Part shown: in pieces, positions 27,632 to 36,612 of the stretch
How the letters are laid out: each line of letters opens with the position of its first letter
Numbering within the stretch: position 1 is the first letter of the stretch
Notes under the pieces: model-generated
Databases searched by the model: none
Seen by the model: the letters and a program-made list of their open reading frames with translations, nothing else
What the model was told of the DNA's origin: nothing
DNA from: a virus
Lineage: Duplodnaviria > Caudoviricetes
DNA: 59,988 nucleotides
Reading direction: 5' to 3' (one strand)
IMG/VR virus record: IMGVR_UViG_3300030392_000341
Location: 1-59,988 of that record
Made by a program: the position numbers and the translations under genes

Positions 27632-28594
27632 TTATCCTCCGCGCCTAGTTAAATTAACTGTTGTATAATCACCTTCTGCAATAGTAGCCTTTTGCTTTTC
27701 GGCTGCATATACTTCAAGAGGGATACTCCATTTATTCGCCAATCTTACATCCTCTGGACTCAGTTTGACTTTATTCTTGGAGTTTGCAGGTCTACGCGAA
27801 CTTCCTGCAACCACTTGAGCAGTCGATGACGTTGACTGCGACCGATTCTCAAATTTATGAGGAAACTCCTTTTCTAATCTACGGTTTACTTCCTCATAAA
27901 ATTCAGATGTACTGGGGTCTAATCCCATCTGTTTTAAATCATTGTCGATAGCTAACGCTGCTGCCGACATTACGGAATCTTTCCCAAACCATTCATTTTC
28001 CGAAGCCCAAGCAACTGCTTGTGGGTCAGGGGCCTGTTTCTGCTGTTGTCCAGTTTGCTGAAGTTGTGCAGCTTGTCGGTCCACATCCTGACTATATTGG
28101 TCTAATGCTGCTTTTTGATTTCCTATATTCTGTAAATCAAATTGCGTTTGCATTAAAGATTCATGTGCTTTGAGGGTCTTCTCACCATCTCCCGATTGAT
28201 AAGCTTCCAGATAATTCTGACGAGCTAATTCAATCTTATTTTCAAGTTGTTTCTCTGAAATCTCCGTAGAAGCTTTCTGAGTTTCCGTAAAGGTTTTTTC
28301 CCTGTGTACCAGTTGTTGATTAAGTTGTTCATTCTGACCTAACAAGTTTTGAATTTGTTCATCACGTTCTTTACGCTGTTGAACCAACTGGCGAATACGC
28401 TTTTGAGCACCATCAGTTTCAATTCCATCCAGTTCTTTTGGTTCTTGTGCTTCTTTTGGTTCCTCTTGAACTGGAGGTTCTGCTTGTGCTGCTTTAACTT
28501 TCTCAGGCTTTTCAGGCTCCTTTTCGATTTCATACTCAACTTTGTTTTCTTTTTCTGGAACTTCAACAGAGTTCCAAGCTGCATCTTCAACCAT
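27632..28594 (-). CDS. Capsid scaffolding protein
   Basis: Acidic, Q/E-rich coiled coil with QKRIRQL, AWASENEWFG and a C-terminal PLEVYA; upstream of the capsid genes. Confidence 0.75.
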   Translation of the reverse strand: MVEDAAWNSVEVPEKENKVEYEIEKEPEKPEKVKAAQAEPPVQEEPKEAQEPKELDGIETDGAQKRIRQLVQQRKERDEQIQNLLGQNEQLNQQLVHREKTFTETQKASTEISEKQLENKIELARQNYLEAYQSGDGEKTLKAHESLMQTQFDLQNIGNQKAALDQYSQDVDRQAAQLQQTGQQQKQAPDPQAVAWASENEWFGKDSVMSAAALAIDNDLKQMGLDPSTSEFYEEVNRRLEKEFPHKFENRSQSTSSTAQVVAGSSRRPANSKNKVKLSPEDVRLANKWSIPLEVYAAEKQKATIAEGDYTTVNLTRRGG

Positions 28595-28645
28595 TTAAAC
28601 TTACTCCCTACGTTGTTTACGAAACAAGCGAATTTACGTTCTTGT

Positions 28646-28674
28646 ATTATACACCATTTTCTGCCAGTACGCAA
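28646..28674 (-). promoter_or_regulatory. Late sigma70-like promoter for the scaffold/capsid operon
   Basis: TTGCGT-ACTGGCAGAAAATGGTG(17)-TATAAT. Confidence 0.7.
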
Positions 28675-28679
28675 TAGTA

Positions 28680-29126
28680 CTAGTCAGAAAATGATGTTAA
28701 ATTAAAAGTGGGGTCCAAATGTTTTGGATTTCCTACTCTGACCATAATCTGGTCATCAAATAACAATATCAGGCGAACTCCCTTATATTGAATTTTCACT
28801 CCTGCATGTTTGCCGTAACAAACATAATCTCCTATTTTACACCAAGGACCTTTAGGAAACTTGACTTCGTCCTGATAAGCCAAGTCTCCCACTGAAAGAA
28901 CACGGCCTACTGTTGTTAAAAAGGCCATATCATCCTTAGTTGAATCAGGAATTAGGATACCCCCTTTCGTGGTTGTCTTGATTGATACAGGACGGATTAA
29001 AACATGATATCCCGGTAAACTTGGCAAAGGAGAAGGGTCTTTGACATCTTCTTCCTCTCCGCTTATCCATTCATCGTTTTTAATGGCTTTTGCTAACGCT
29101 GGCTGTTGCATATCACTCCTCTTCAT
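28680..29126 (-). CDS. groES: Co-chaperonin GroES-like
   Basis: VLIRP..TTTKGGILIPD, VGRVLSVG, GDYVCYGKHAG and LILLFDDQI motifs. Confidence 0.85.
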   Translation of the reverse strand: MKRSDMQQPALAKAIKNDEWISGEEEDVKDPSPLPSLPGYHVLIRPVSIKTTTKGGILIPDSTKDDMAFLTTVGRVLSVGDLAYQDEVKFPKGPWCKIGDYVCYGKHAGVKIQYKGVRLILLFDDQIMVRVGNPKHLDPTFNLTSFSD

Positions 29127-29310
29127 CGTCTGTGTAAGTACGTTTTTTAATGATGTCTGTAAAGCTATTTCTAGCCCATTCTATCCCCGCACACATGCCA
29201 ACCGTTTGTCTATAGGAAGCATAATCTGGTGCATTCCCCTCTGCCAAGCTTTGCTTCAAAGTTTCAATTTCTGTGTTGAAATGAGTCATAACCTCATCCC
29301 AAATATTCAT
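29113..29310 (-). CDS. Small head-module protein
   Basis: 65 aa with LAEGNAPDYASYRQTVG; between portal and GroES. Confidence 0.65.
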   Translation of the reverse strand: MNIWDEVMTHFNTEIETLKQSLAEGNAPDYASYRQTVGMCAGIEWARNSFTDIIKKRTYTDDEEE

Positions 29311-29465
29311 TCTCTATCTTGCATAATCACAGAAAAAGCACCTAAAGCTATACCAGCAATAGAAAACCAGTTAAGACCGATAAGGACACCTACGCCTATG
29401 CATACGGTGCCAGCACCCGCCCACGTACTGGGTTCTGTTACTCGTTTTTGTATCCATGTACTCAT
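29307..29465 (-). CDS. Small membrane protein (52 aa, holin-like)
   Basis: Hand translation MSTWIQKRVTEPSTWAGAGTVCIGVGVLIGLNWFSIAGIALGAFSVIMQDRE; GGAG RBS; stop overlaps the next start (ATGA). Confidence 0.6.
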   Translation of the reverse strand: MSTWIQKRVTEPSTWAGAGTVCIGVGVLIGLNWFSIAGIALGAFSVIMQDRE

Positions 29466-29467
29466 AT

Positions 29468-32080
29468 TTATTCTCCCGTATTATTTAATAATTGTGAAAT
29501 CTTCAAAAGAGCATCAATTTTATTCTTGCCTTCTTTTTCCGCTAATTGTGCAATTCCCAAAACCTTTTTGGCAGTAACCATTGCTTTGGTATCTTCACCC
29601 TTTTGTTCCATTTCTGCAAGCTTAGTAAGAACATCCATAGATTTAAGCTGCATATCGCGGTCCATTTCCGCTTCCTTCAGAGCAGCCCCATATAGCATCT
29701 CGACAGCTTTCATTGCCTGTTTGCTGATACGGTCACGTTCTTTTTGCTCTGATTTCGTCATGAAATCGGCTTGCTTCTCACCTGCTTTAATACCGATTTC
29801 TAATTCTTCAAGGTCCAGTTCACGATTCTTGAGGGCAGCTTCCGCCGCTTCCGTCTGAATCTGAATCTGTAATTTCTGTTCCTCAAGCTTCAATCTGGCC
29901 TGTTCTATCTGGACCATCTGCTGCTCCGGTGACATCTGAACTCCTAATGCCTGATTTGCATTGAGAACCTGTTGTGCTGCTTGTGACATCGCAAGTTCCG
30001 GTGCTTCTGGCATCTGTGCCTGTTCCGGTGATAGTTGAGACATCATTTCTTGAGCGACACCACTAACCTGTTCCTGATACTTGAGAACCGCATGTTCCTG
30101 AATATTAGCTTCGATAATCGGTTTAACTCTTTGCATCATTGGATTGGCTCCATGAATCGGGTCCTGAATATAAGCACTCTTGACCTTTATGTGAGCCTCA
30201 TGATTCTGACCGGGAAAAGCTCCAATCGGTACACCCTTGGTAGCCGCTACAATATCGGATACAGGGTCCATTGGTTCCGCTTTTCTCTTCTCAGGCAGTA
30301 TCTGTTCCAGATTCGGCATGTTGGCATTCTCTAGAATAGTACGATTAAGGGCTTCCAGATTGAACATACCCGGAGGTGCCTGTTGTGCCAGTTGCAGAGC
30401 CATTTGTGAAATCATCAGACGATGAGCACTGGAGGGTACATTAGGGTCACTTACCGGAATGATATCTACCCGACCATCAAAATCACCCTTGAGAACATTA
30501 CGACTTTCACCGGGAACATCAAAAGGATATTCATCAGGAAGGAAGTCATGATTTATTCTTGCGAGAATCCTGAATTCATCTTTCTGGGCTTTATGTACTC
30601 TTTTGTGAATAGCACTAAAGAATTTACTGGAAGCTTCCAGAAGGGCCATCGTAGTTCCTACAGGACCATAGGAAGACATGTCGGATATAACCTGTTCTGT
30701 ATTATCGGCAAACTTCTGTCCTGTCGAAGCTACAAACTGAAGCATATTATAAAGCGTCTGGGAAGGTTCCTTGTAGGGCAACGTCATAATTGCCTTACTC
30801 AAATCCATTCCCGTTGCTTCCACTTCTTTAAACTCACCGGGGGAAATCGGGTCGTTGTCTCCGACAATTCGTACACCCTTCGCTTTGTATCCTCCCGGTA
30901 GGTTGGCAAACTGACCAGCATCCACGAGTGCTCTCATTGAAGCAGTAGCTGTCATTGTCAAGTTGCCAAGAAAATGAATCAAACCTAATCCATAAAAACT
31001 AAATCCCGGCACAAAACGATAATGTACAAAATGAAGAATCTTTTCTCTGCGCGGGTCATCAGGACGGTAATTTCTACGAATACAAATAACTTTGCGTGAT
31101 TGCTCTTCCACCGTAACAATGTACGGAAGAGCAACTCCTTCAGTTTCTCCATTATTAAATTCTTCAGGAAGTTCCAGATAGCAATGTTGTTCCAGTAAAA
31201 CATATTGAGGGTCATTATCTCCCGAAGGATTCAGACCCATAATAGTATCCATTTTATTGGTAATAGGAGTTTGAGTAGGAGTTGTGGCATCTGCAAGGTC
31301 AACATCCAGATACATACCGGAAGCTATCTCACGAGCCAAATCATGTGGACTCCGATAGATTACATGCGTATAACGGTCTGCTTTCCGTAAGTCGCTGGCA
31401 TAGGAAGAAACGTAGAACTGGTCGATAGGAATGAATTCGGAAACAGGACGAGACAAAGAACTATCATAGTATACTTTTTTGAAGGCAGAACCCAGTAAAG
31501 GTAAATGAAACAACATGCGTTCAAATTCATCAAAGTACTCTGGCATTTGTTCCGTAAGCTGATAGTTCATAAATAATTTTACACGGTCAGCCTGTTTATC
31601 TTTTTCAGGGGTGTATTTTCCGATAACCTGTGTCTTCACAGGACCTGCAGGTGGAAAGAGTTCCTGTGAAGCTTTGGATTGAAACTTGACAGCAGACTCG
31701 ATTAACAAGGGATGTACTGCACTACAGGCTCCCTCAAAAGGTTCGGAAGCATCCTGAAGTTTCAGACCCAGAAGGTCAAAGCCTCGTTCAAACATAGACT
31801 CCCATTCTTGACGAGAATCCTTATCCGCTTCATATCGTTCAAAGACACCACTGGCAATTTCCTTGAGAAACTCGTCTTCCAACTCTTCTGCCAGATTTCC
31901 ATACCAATCGGATACGACAGAAGAACCTCCTGCTATCTCTTCTTCTTCACTAAAATTAACGACCACACTGCCATCAGGATTAATATCGAAAGAAACATTC
32001 TCTTCTTCCGCTACTTCCGGGCGCATAGAAACTACGTTCTCTCCTGAAATCTTGTCGTTAGGGTTTCGTTCTATTGCCAT
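29468..32080 (-). CDS. Portal protein
   Basis: 870 aa; HPLLIESAVKFQ, GSAFKKVYYD, GFSFYGLGLIH and LVDAGQFANLP motifs; long coiled-coil C-terminus. Confidence 0.9.
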   Translation of the reverse strand: MAIERNPNDKISGENVVSMRPEVAEEENVSFDINPDGSVVVNFSEEEEIAGGSSVVSDWYGNLAEELEDEFLKEIASGVFERYEADKDSRQEWESMFERGFDLLGLKLQDASEPFEGACSAVHPLLIESAVKFQSKASQELFPPAGPVKTQVIGKYTPEKDKQADRVKLFMNYQLTEQMPEYFDEFERMLFHLPLLGSAFKKVYYDSSLSRPVSEFIPIDQFYVSSYASDLRKADRYTHVIYRSPHDLAREIASGMYLDVDLADATTPTQTPITNKMDTIMGLNPSGDNDPQYVLLEQHCYLELPEEFNNGETEGVALPYIVTVEEQSRKVICIRRNYRPDDPRREKILHFVHYRFVPGFSFYGLGLIHFLGNLTMTATASMRALVDAGQFANLPGGYKAKGVRIVGDNDPISPGEFKEVEATGMDLSKAIMTLPYKEPSQTLYNMLQFVASTGQKFADNTEQVISDMSSYGPVGTTMALLEASSKFFSAIHKRVHKAQKDEFRILARINHDFLPDEYPFDVPGESRNVLKGDFDGRVDIIPVSDPNVPSSAHRLMISQMALQLAQQAPPGMFNLEALNRTILENANMPNLEQILPEKRKAEPMDPVSDIVAATKGVPIGAFPGQNHEAHIKVKSAYIQDPIHGANPMMQRVKPIIEANIQEHAVLKYQEQVSGVAQEMMSQLSPEQAQMPEAPELAMSQAAQQVLNANQALGVQMSPEQQMVQIEQARLKLEEQKLQIQIQTEAAEAALKNRELDLEELEIGIKAGEKQADFMTKSEQKERDRISKQAMKAVEMLYGAALKEAEMDRDMQLKSMDVLTKLAEMEQKGEDTKAMVTAKKVLGIAQLAEKEGKNKIDALLKISQLLNNTGE

Positions 32081-32081
32081 C

Positions 32082-32297
32082 TTAGTTTCCTTGTTTTAAG
32101 TAGGGATTTCTTTCTACCATCCCACCAGCTTTTTTAATTACATCAGGACGTACTCCTAATTTCTTTAATTCTTTCAAAATATCTTGGTCTGACATTTCAA
32201 ATATCTCTAACAACATATCTCTTACAGGATAACCTTGTTTGTTATACGTATGAAAAAGTAAATTCTGTAAAGGATTATGAAAAAGTCCTGTTCCCAT
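32082..32297 (-). CDS. Hypothetical protein ending KKAGGMVERNPY
   Basis: 71 aa, translationally coupled to the upstream gene. Confidence 0.55.
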   Translation of the reverse strand: MGTGLFHNPLQNLLFHTYNKQGYPVRDMLLEIFEMSDQDILKELKKLGVRPDVIKKAGGMVERNPYLKQGN

Positions 32298-33322
32298 TAG
32301 ATTGCTCTCGATTCATAAGGATAAGGGTTACGTTCTATTATACCGCCAGTATTATTCTCTTTTCCTCTGGAAGCTGTATCATAACCAGTATAAAGTCCTC
32401 GTTCCGGAATATCTGGATATACTGGTCTTGAAAGTGCTTGGCGACGTTCTGCAAGTGCTTTCTTAATAACTGCTTGATTATCTATAGGAGGCCGTCCTTG
32501 AGCTATTAAACGAGCGTTGGATTCTTTTAACATCTTGTTTAATTTTTTACGGAAAGCTGTTTCACTCTCCAACATCCTAATCATCTCTGGTTCAGTTATT
32601 CCTAAATGCTTTAGAGCCGCTTTTCGATAATATGGGTCTTCATCTGTTATCGTAAGATAATCCATAGGACGATTAAATTCCTCACCTTGTTCTCCAGACA
32701 ACTCTAATCCATGATGCCCTGCTTCGTGTCGTGCAACATTCTTTAAATCTATATTACGTGTACGTTGTATCTCTATATTTCTCTCAGGAGAGAGTTCTGC
32801 ATATGCTTCGTCTGGATGGCTCTGCGTACTTAATAATAAGGCTAGTGGAGCCTCTAGAGGAGGACGAGTATGTTTTGGGACATTTCTATATCGACGTTGT
32901 AGCCATGCTCTAGTACCATGTTTCTTGTCTTGGCCTTCCGTAAATTTTTGAAGTTTTTCTGCCTGTTCTGGTGACATATTACCTCTATAATTTCTCTCTT
33001 GTACAAGCAGAGGAGCATTAAGTACATTAATATGAGATACTGGACGACCTACTTGAAATCCTATATTACGGTCACGATGAGTCTTTCCTATCGGTGCTTT
33101 ATATTCTTTATCAGGAGTATATTCTCCCCACTGCCCAGACACATTCTGTCCAAGAAAAGTATGCATAGGTATACTTAATCCCTCTCTTTGCAAAGAAAGT
33201 AAACGCTCTCCGATATTTGCCCCTGCTGGTCCTTCATAATAATGTTGAGGGGTTTCATAAGCTTTGACAGGACGTTGCTTTCTAAGTGAAGCTATACCTG
33301 TTCTATCAAAAATCTCTGTCAT
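32297..33322 (-). CDS. Putative zinc metallopeptidase-domain protein
   Basis: HEAGH (HExxH) motif; C-terminus NTGGIIERNPY. Confidence 0.6.
   Translation of the reverse strand: MTEIFDRTGIASLRKQRPVKAYETPQHYYEGPAGANIGERLLSLQREGLSIPMHTFLGQNVSGQWGEYTPDKEYKAPIGKTHRDRNIGFQVGRPVSHINVLNAPLLVQERNYRGNMSPEQAEKLQKFTEGQDKKHGTRAWLQRRYRNVPKHTRPPLEAPLALLLSTQSHPDEAYAELSPERNIEIQRTRNIDLKNVARHEAGHHGLELSGEQGEEFNRPMDYLTITDEDPYYRKAALKHLGITEPEMIRMLESETAFRKKLNKMLKESNARLIAQGRPPIDNQAVIKKALAERRQALSRPVYPDIPERGLYTGYDTASRGKENNTGGIIERNPYPYESRAI
32363..32413. repeat. 51-bp dispersed repeat, copy 2
   Basis: 49/51 identical to 5502-5552; same strand and reading frame. Confidence 0.9.
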
Positions 33323-33323
33323 C

Positions 33324-34301
33324 TTACGACATCCCTAAAGGCCCAAGATTTTCTTGTTGCCTTCTTAATTTCAAAGTTTCTTCCTGTTGTGCTAATCGTT
33401 GACGGTATTCTTTTAAAGCCGTTTCAAAATCTGCATCAGGCTGGTCAGCCAGTTCTGCCAGTACCTGTGATTCTCCGCTACGTGCCGAAGGAATTCCAAA
33501 GGACGCAGCATACATAGGCCATCCTGCTAGATTAGCTGCTCCACGCAATGCAATACGTGAAAGGTCTTTACCAGAGGGAAACTGTGGTGGTGGAGAAGCA
33601 GTTCTGGTAAGTCTTGGAGAAGGTTGAGTAGTTGGTTTAGATTTTTCAACGCGCCTTTGTTCTGGTACAGGCTTTCTTGGTGCTTCCGATGGTGTGGTAG
33701 AAGAGGGGTCACGACTACTTTGCAATACTCTTTGATACTCTCGTAATCTATCAATTTCATTATCTTCTATACGAAATACCACATCATCTAGTTTACTCTC
33801 TAATTTCGCCCACCCTGTTTCATCTAAATTCATAGCCTCTTTAATTTGTCTTCCATATTCTTCCGCTGAATGTTCAAAAGTTTTAGTGGGACTTCCTTTA
33901 AATTTATTTCTTAGTTCTATTCTATTAAGTTCTTTACGTTCTGCTTTCAGCATTGATGGTGGTTTTGGTTTTCCTTCGGAAGTAAGCATATTAAGTATCT
34001 TTTGAGGTACTTTTGTTTCCCCTATAGGTTTATAAACGTCATATAGAAACGCATCAGTTTCTGCAAACTGTTCCCCTAGAGAAATAATATATTTTCTTAT
34101 TAAGTCTTGTGGTAAACCACCTTTTCCACTTAATGCCCCTGTAATAATTTCTGAACCCACAGGAAGACCGCTACTAGAAGCTACACTCCCAGCTACTCCT
34201 TTTAATCCTCGTCCCAAGAATTGTCTACGATTTAGATTCGTTAGATTTTTTATTAATTCTTGTGGTTTTTTCTTAGGGTCAGGAAGAAACATTTCTATCA
34301 C
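33324..34301 (-). CDS. Hypothetical protein with a twin-arginine-like NRRQFL motif
   Basis: 325 aa with a P/S/T-rich linker. Confidence 0.6.
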   Translation of the reverse strand: MIEMFLPDPKKKPQELIKNLTNLNRRQFLGRGLKGVAGSVASSSGLPVGSEIITGALSGKGGLPQDLIRKYIISLGEQFAETDAFLYDVYKPIGETKVPQKILNMLTSEGKPKPPSMLKAERKELNRIELRNKFKGSPTKTFEHSAEEYGRQIKEAMNLDETGWAKLESKLDDVVFRIEDNEIDRLREYQRVLQSSRDPSSTTPSEAPRKPVPEQRRVEKSKPTTQPSPRLTRTASPPPQFPSGKDLSRIALRGAANLAGWPMYAASFGIPSARSGESQVLAELADQPDADFETALKEYRQRLAQQEETLKLRRQQENLGPLGMS

Positions 34302-34376
34302 ACCAATCCACTATCTCATATAAAATACAGTAAACTAAAAGACTTCCTAAAATAATATGAAAATACGTTATTTCCA

Positions 34377-34631
34377 CTAAGTAGTGGGACCGACAATAAG
34401 AGAAGTCGAATCCTTATCGGTAACTTCGATGCAGTACGAATCTATTATTTTATATCCTAAAGGTTGGTTTCTTTCACTTATCAGGGAAAGACCGATATTA
34501 TTAACATTTACAACACATGCTTCCTGTGTTTCAAAAGGACCACTGGAAGCAGTCTTATACACAGGAACAACAGGATTCCCTCCTACATTATACATCAGAA
34601 TAATTGCTAACCAAATAGACGCAAGTTCCAT
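34377..34631 (-). CDS. Small secreted/membrane protein
   Basis: Hydrophobic N-terminus and an FETQEAC...C motif; GGAG RBS. Confidence 0.6.
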   Translation of the reverse strand: MELASIWLAIILMYNVGGNPVVPVYKTASSGPFETQEACVVNVNNIGLSLISERNQPLGYKIIDSYCIEVTDKDSTSLIVGPTT

Positions 34632-34695
34632 TTCATACTCCTAATGAGAATGGCGAATACACTAACAGGATGTTCAACCCCAATTAGAATTGTTT

Positions 34696-34724
34696 ATTAT
34701 ACACCTAAACAGGCCAGTACGCAA
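34696..34724 (-). promoter_or_regulatory. Late sigma70-like promoter overlapping the terL 3' end
   Basis: TTGCGT-ACTGGCCTGTTTAGGTG(17)-TATAAT; shares 22 of 29 positions in two blocks with 28646-28674. Confidence 0.7.
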
Positions 34725-36264
34725 CCCTCTTCTTATGCCTTACAGGTTCATCGTCTTCCGTTGGGTCATCAGGATGTGATAAACGCCATGATTCTCTCAT
34801 ATAATGAATTGCCATTGTCAGGGCATCCACTTGGTCATCATGCCGTGCATTCGGAAAAGTTATCAGTTCCTCAATTAATTCGTTGGACCATCGCTTATTC
34901 GTTGGAATCCAGACATGCCCCGATTCAATCATCGGGCTGGCAGCATAGACACGAGATACTTTATCTCTGTCAGGATTGTATTCCAAGACAGGCAAGCCAG
35001 CCCTTCTCATATCTTGTATGAGGGACTGACCGCTTGCCTTCTTCTCAACGATACAGATGTCAGGTCTGTGCTCGTCGTGAAGAAGTTGGGCCATTCGGCG
35101 CAGTTCAGGATATTCATAGCGACCTCGAACGTTACCCAACAAAATTAAATGACCGCCCCAGTACTCCTTGCCCACCGCATCCTCTTCTGGCAGGTCAAAG
35201 ATTCCCCATGTCTGAATAACACTGAAATCAGCGGAGGTTCTGGTGGAAAAAGCGGTATCATAGGTTTGTAGTATAAAATCACATATCGGAGGGTCTTCGT
35301 GTTCCCACTTCTTAATCCAGCGTTTCTTGATAACACCGCCTTCCTCCGGGGTGGGGTTTTGCATATAAAGGGAGTCCCAGTAGCGACTACCGTTGCTGGC
35401 AATAATTTCCTCTTCATCTACTCTGAGAATCTCGTCTGGTTTCCATTCAGGGAAATAGGAAGAACCTACAGGAAGATTAAGGAGTTCGGAGGCAGGTTCG
35501 TCCAGCCATGCCGGGATACTTATTACTTCCCAAGGATTGGTGGTTTCCATATCCATTATCTCTTCCTGCTTGAGCAGCCAGCCACACAGGTCATCATGGT
35601 GGTATCTGGTATTGATTATGACGATGGAACCGTTGGGCATGATACGGGTTCTCAGGCCAGCAGGATACCACTCCTTGATATAGCGTCGTCCGGTTTCCGA
35701 AAAGGAATCCTCTTCCGACATCACATCATCCAGAATGGCAACGTGAGCACCACGCCCCGCTATCTGGCTGCGAACCCCTGCTGCATAATATGTACCGTTC
35801 TGGTTGGTTTTCCATTTGCCAGCCGCCCTGACATCGCTACGCAACGCTACTTCCCTGAAGATATCATGGAACATTTCCGTATTTACGATATCACGCACCG
35901 ACCTGCCGAAATCGCTGGATAGTTGGTCGCTATGAGATACCGTCAATATCTCATGTTGTGGATGGCGACCAATGTACCATGCAGGGAAAAGCTTGGAACA
36001 AATAACGGATTTGGAGGAACGAGGAGGAAGAAAGACCATCAGTCTCTTTATTTCTCCTGATTCTATTTGTTGTAATTTTTGGGAGATAACCTTGATGTGC
36101 TGTCCCATTTTCCAATCAGAAATCAGAGTGGGCGCGACAAGCCTAATGAAAGACAAAAAGTCATCTCTACAAGTAAGATGAACATTTTCTTCCAGAAGAG
36201 CAGCCGTTGCAAAGAGGCCCTCCAGTTTACTAATTGATGGTTCTAGTTCCGTTTGCATAATCAT
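34705..36264 (-). CDS. terL: Terminase large subunit
   Basis: Walker A-like LPPRSSKS, Walker B AILDD, NTRYHHDDL, LYMQNP, and nuclease motifs YDTA, EKKASG and HDDQVDA. Confidence 0.95.
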   Translation of the reverse strand: MIMQTELEPSISKLEGLFATAALLEENVHLTCRDDFLSFIRLVAPTLISDWKMGQHIKVISQKLQQIESGEIKRLMVFLPPRSSKSVICSKLFPAWYIGRHPQHEILTVSHSDQLSSDFGRSVRDIVNTEMFHDIFREVALRSDVRAAGKWKTNQNGTYYAAGVRSQIAGRGAHVAILDDVMSEEDSFSETGRRYIKEWYPAGLRTRIMPNGSIVIINTRYHHDDLCGWLLKQEEIMDMETTNPWEVISIPAWLDEPASELLNLPVGSSYFPEWKPDEILRVDEEEIIASNGSRYWDSLYMQNPTPEEGGVIKKRWIKKWEHEDPPICDFILQTYDTAFSTRTSADFSVIQTWGIFDLPEEDAVGKEYWGGHLILLGNVRGRYEYPELRRMAQLLHDEHRPDICIVEKKASGQSLIQDMRRAGLPVLEYNPDRDKVSRVYAASPMIESGHVWIPTNKRWSNELIEELITFPNARHDDQVDALTMAIHYMRESWRLSHPDDPTEDDEPVRHKKRVAYWPV

Positions 36265-36505
36265 CCATAAAAAGTTCTCTTAGTAAACTAAGATTAGATA
36301 AGATACAAGTTACGCCTTCTGCCATATGTGGTTGTCTGAAGACAGCAGGAGCAGTAGCTATTCCTTTTATCATTTCCTCCATCATCGTAGACAAGACAGT
36401 GGCAGCAGACAAAGAATCCATTTGCACAAAAGAATTCTCTAAGGACCCTTTTGGCAGCGAAAGGCATTCTTCCAGTTGTTTTATATTATTTTTTATATTA
36501 TCCAT
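36230..36505 (-). CDS. Hypothetical protein upstream of terL
   Basis: 91 aa; AAGGA RBS; downstream of a consensus promoter. Confidence 0.55.
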   Translation of the reverse strand: MDNIKNNIKQLEECLSLPKGSLENSFVQMDSLSAATVLSTMMEEMIKGIATAPAVFRQPHMAEGVTCILSNLSLLRELFMDDYANGTRTIN

Positions 36506-36582
36506 TAGAGTTCCTTAAAGATACTATTAGTAATATAGAGTAACAAAAAAAATAAACTATATGTATTAAGAGTACATAGAGT

Positions 36583-36612
36583 ATTATATGGGGCGAAAAC
36601 ACCATTTGTCAA
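36583..36612 (-). promoter_or_regulatory. Leftward sigma70 promoter for the terminase operon
   Basis: TTGACA-18 nt-TATAAT on the minus strand. Confidence 0.7.

Noticed and set aside
5502-32413. Diversity-generating retroelement TR/VR pair
   Set aside because: Only two mismatches, not adenine-specific from one template, and no reverse transcriptase.
6767-36181. Numerous plus-strand ORFs in the structural arm (e.g. 15072..15704, 19337..19927, 35299..35922)
   Set aside because: They are antisense to well-supported genes and have no recognisable motifs.
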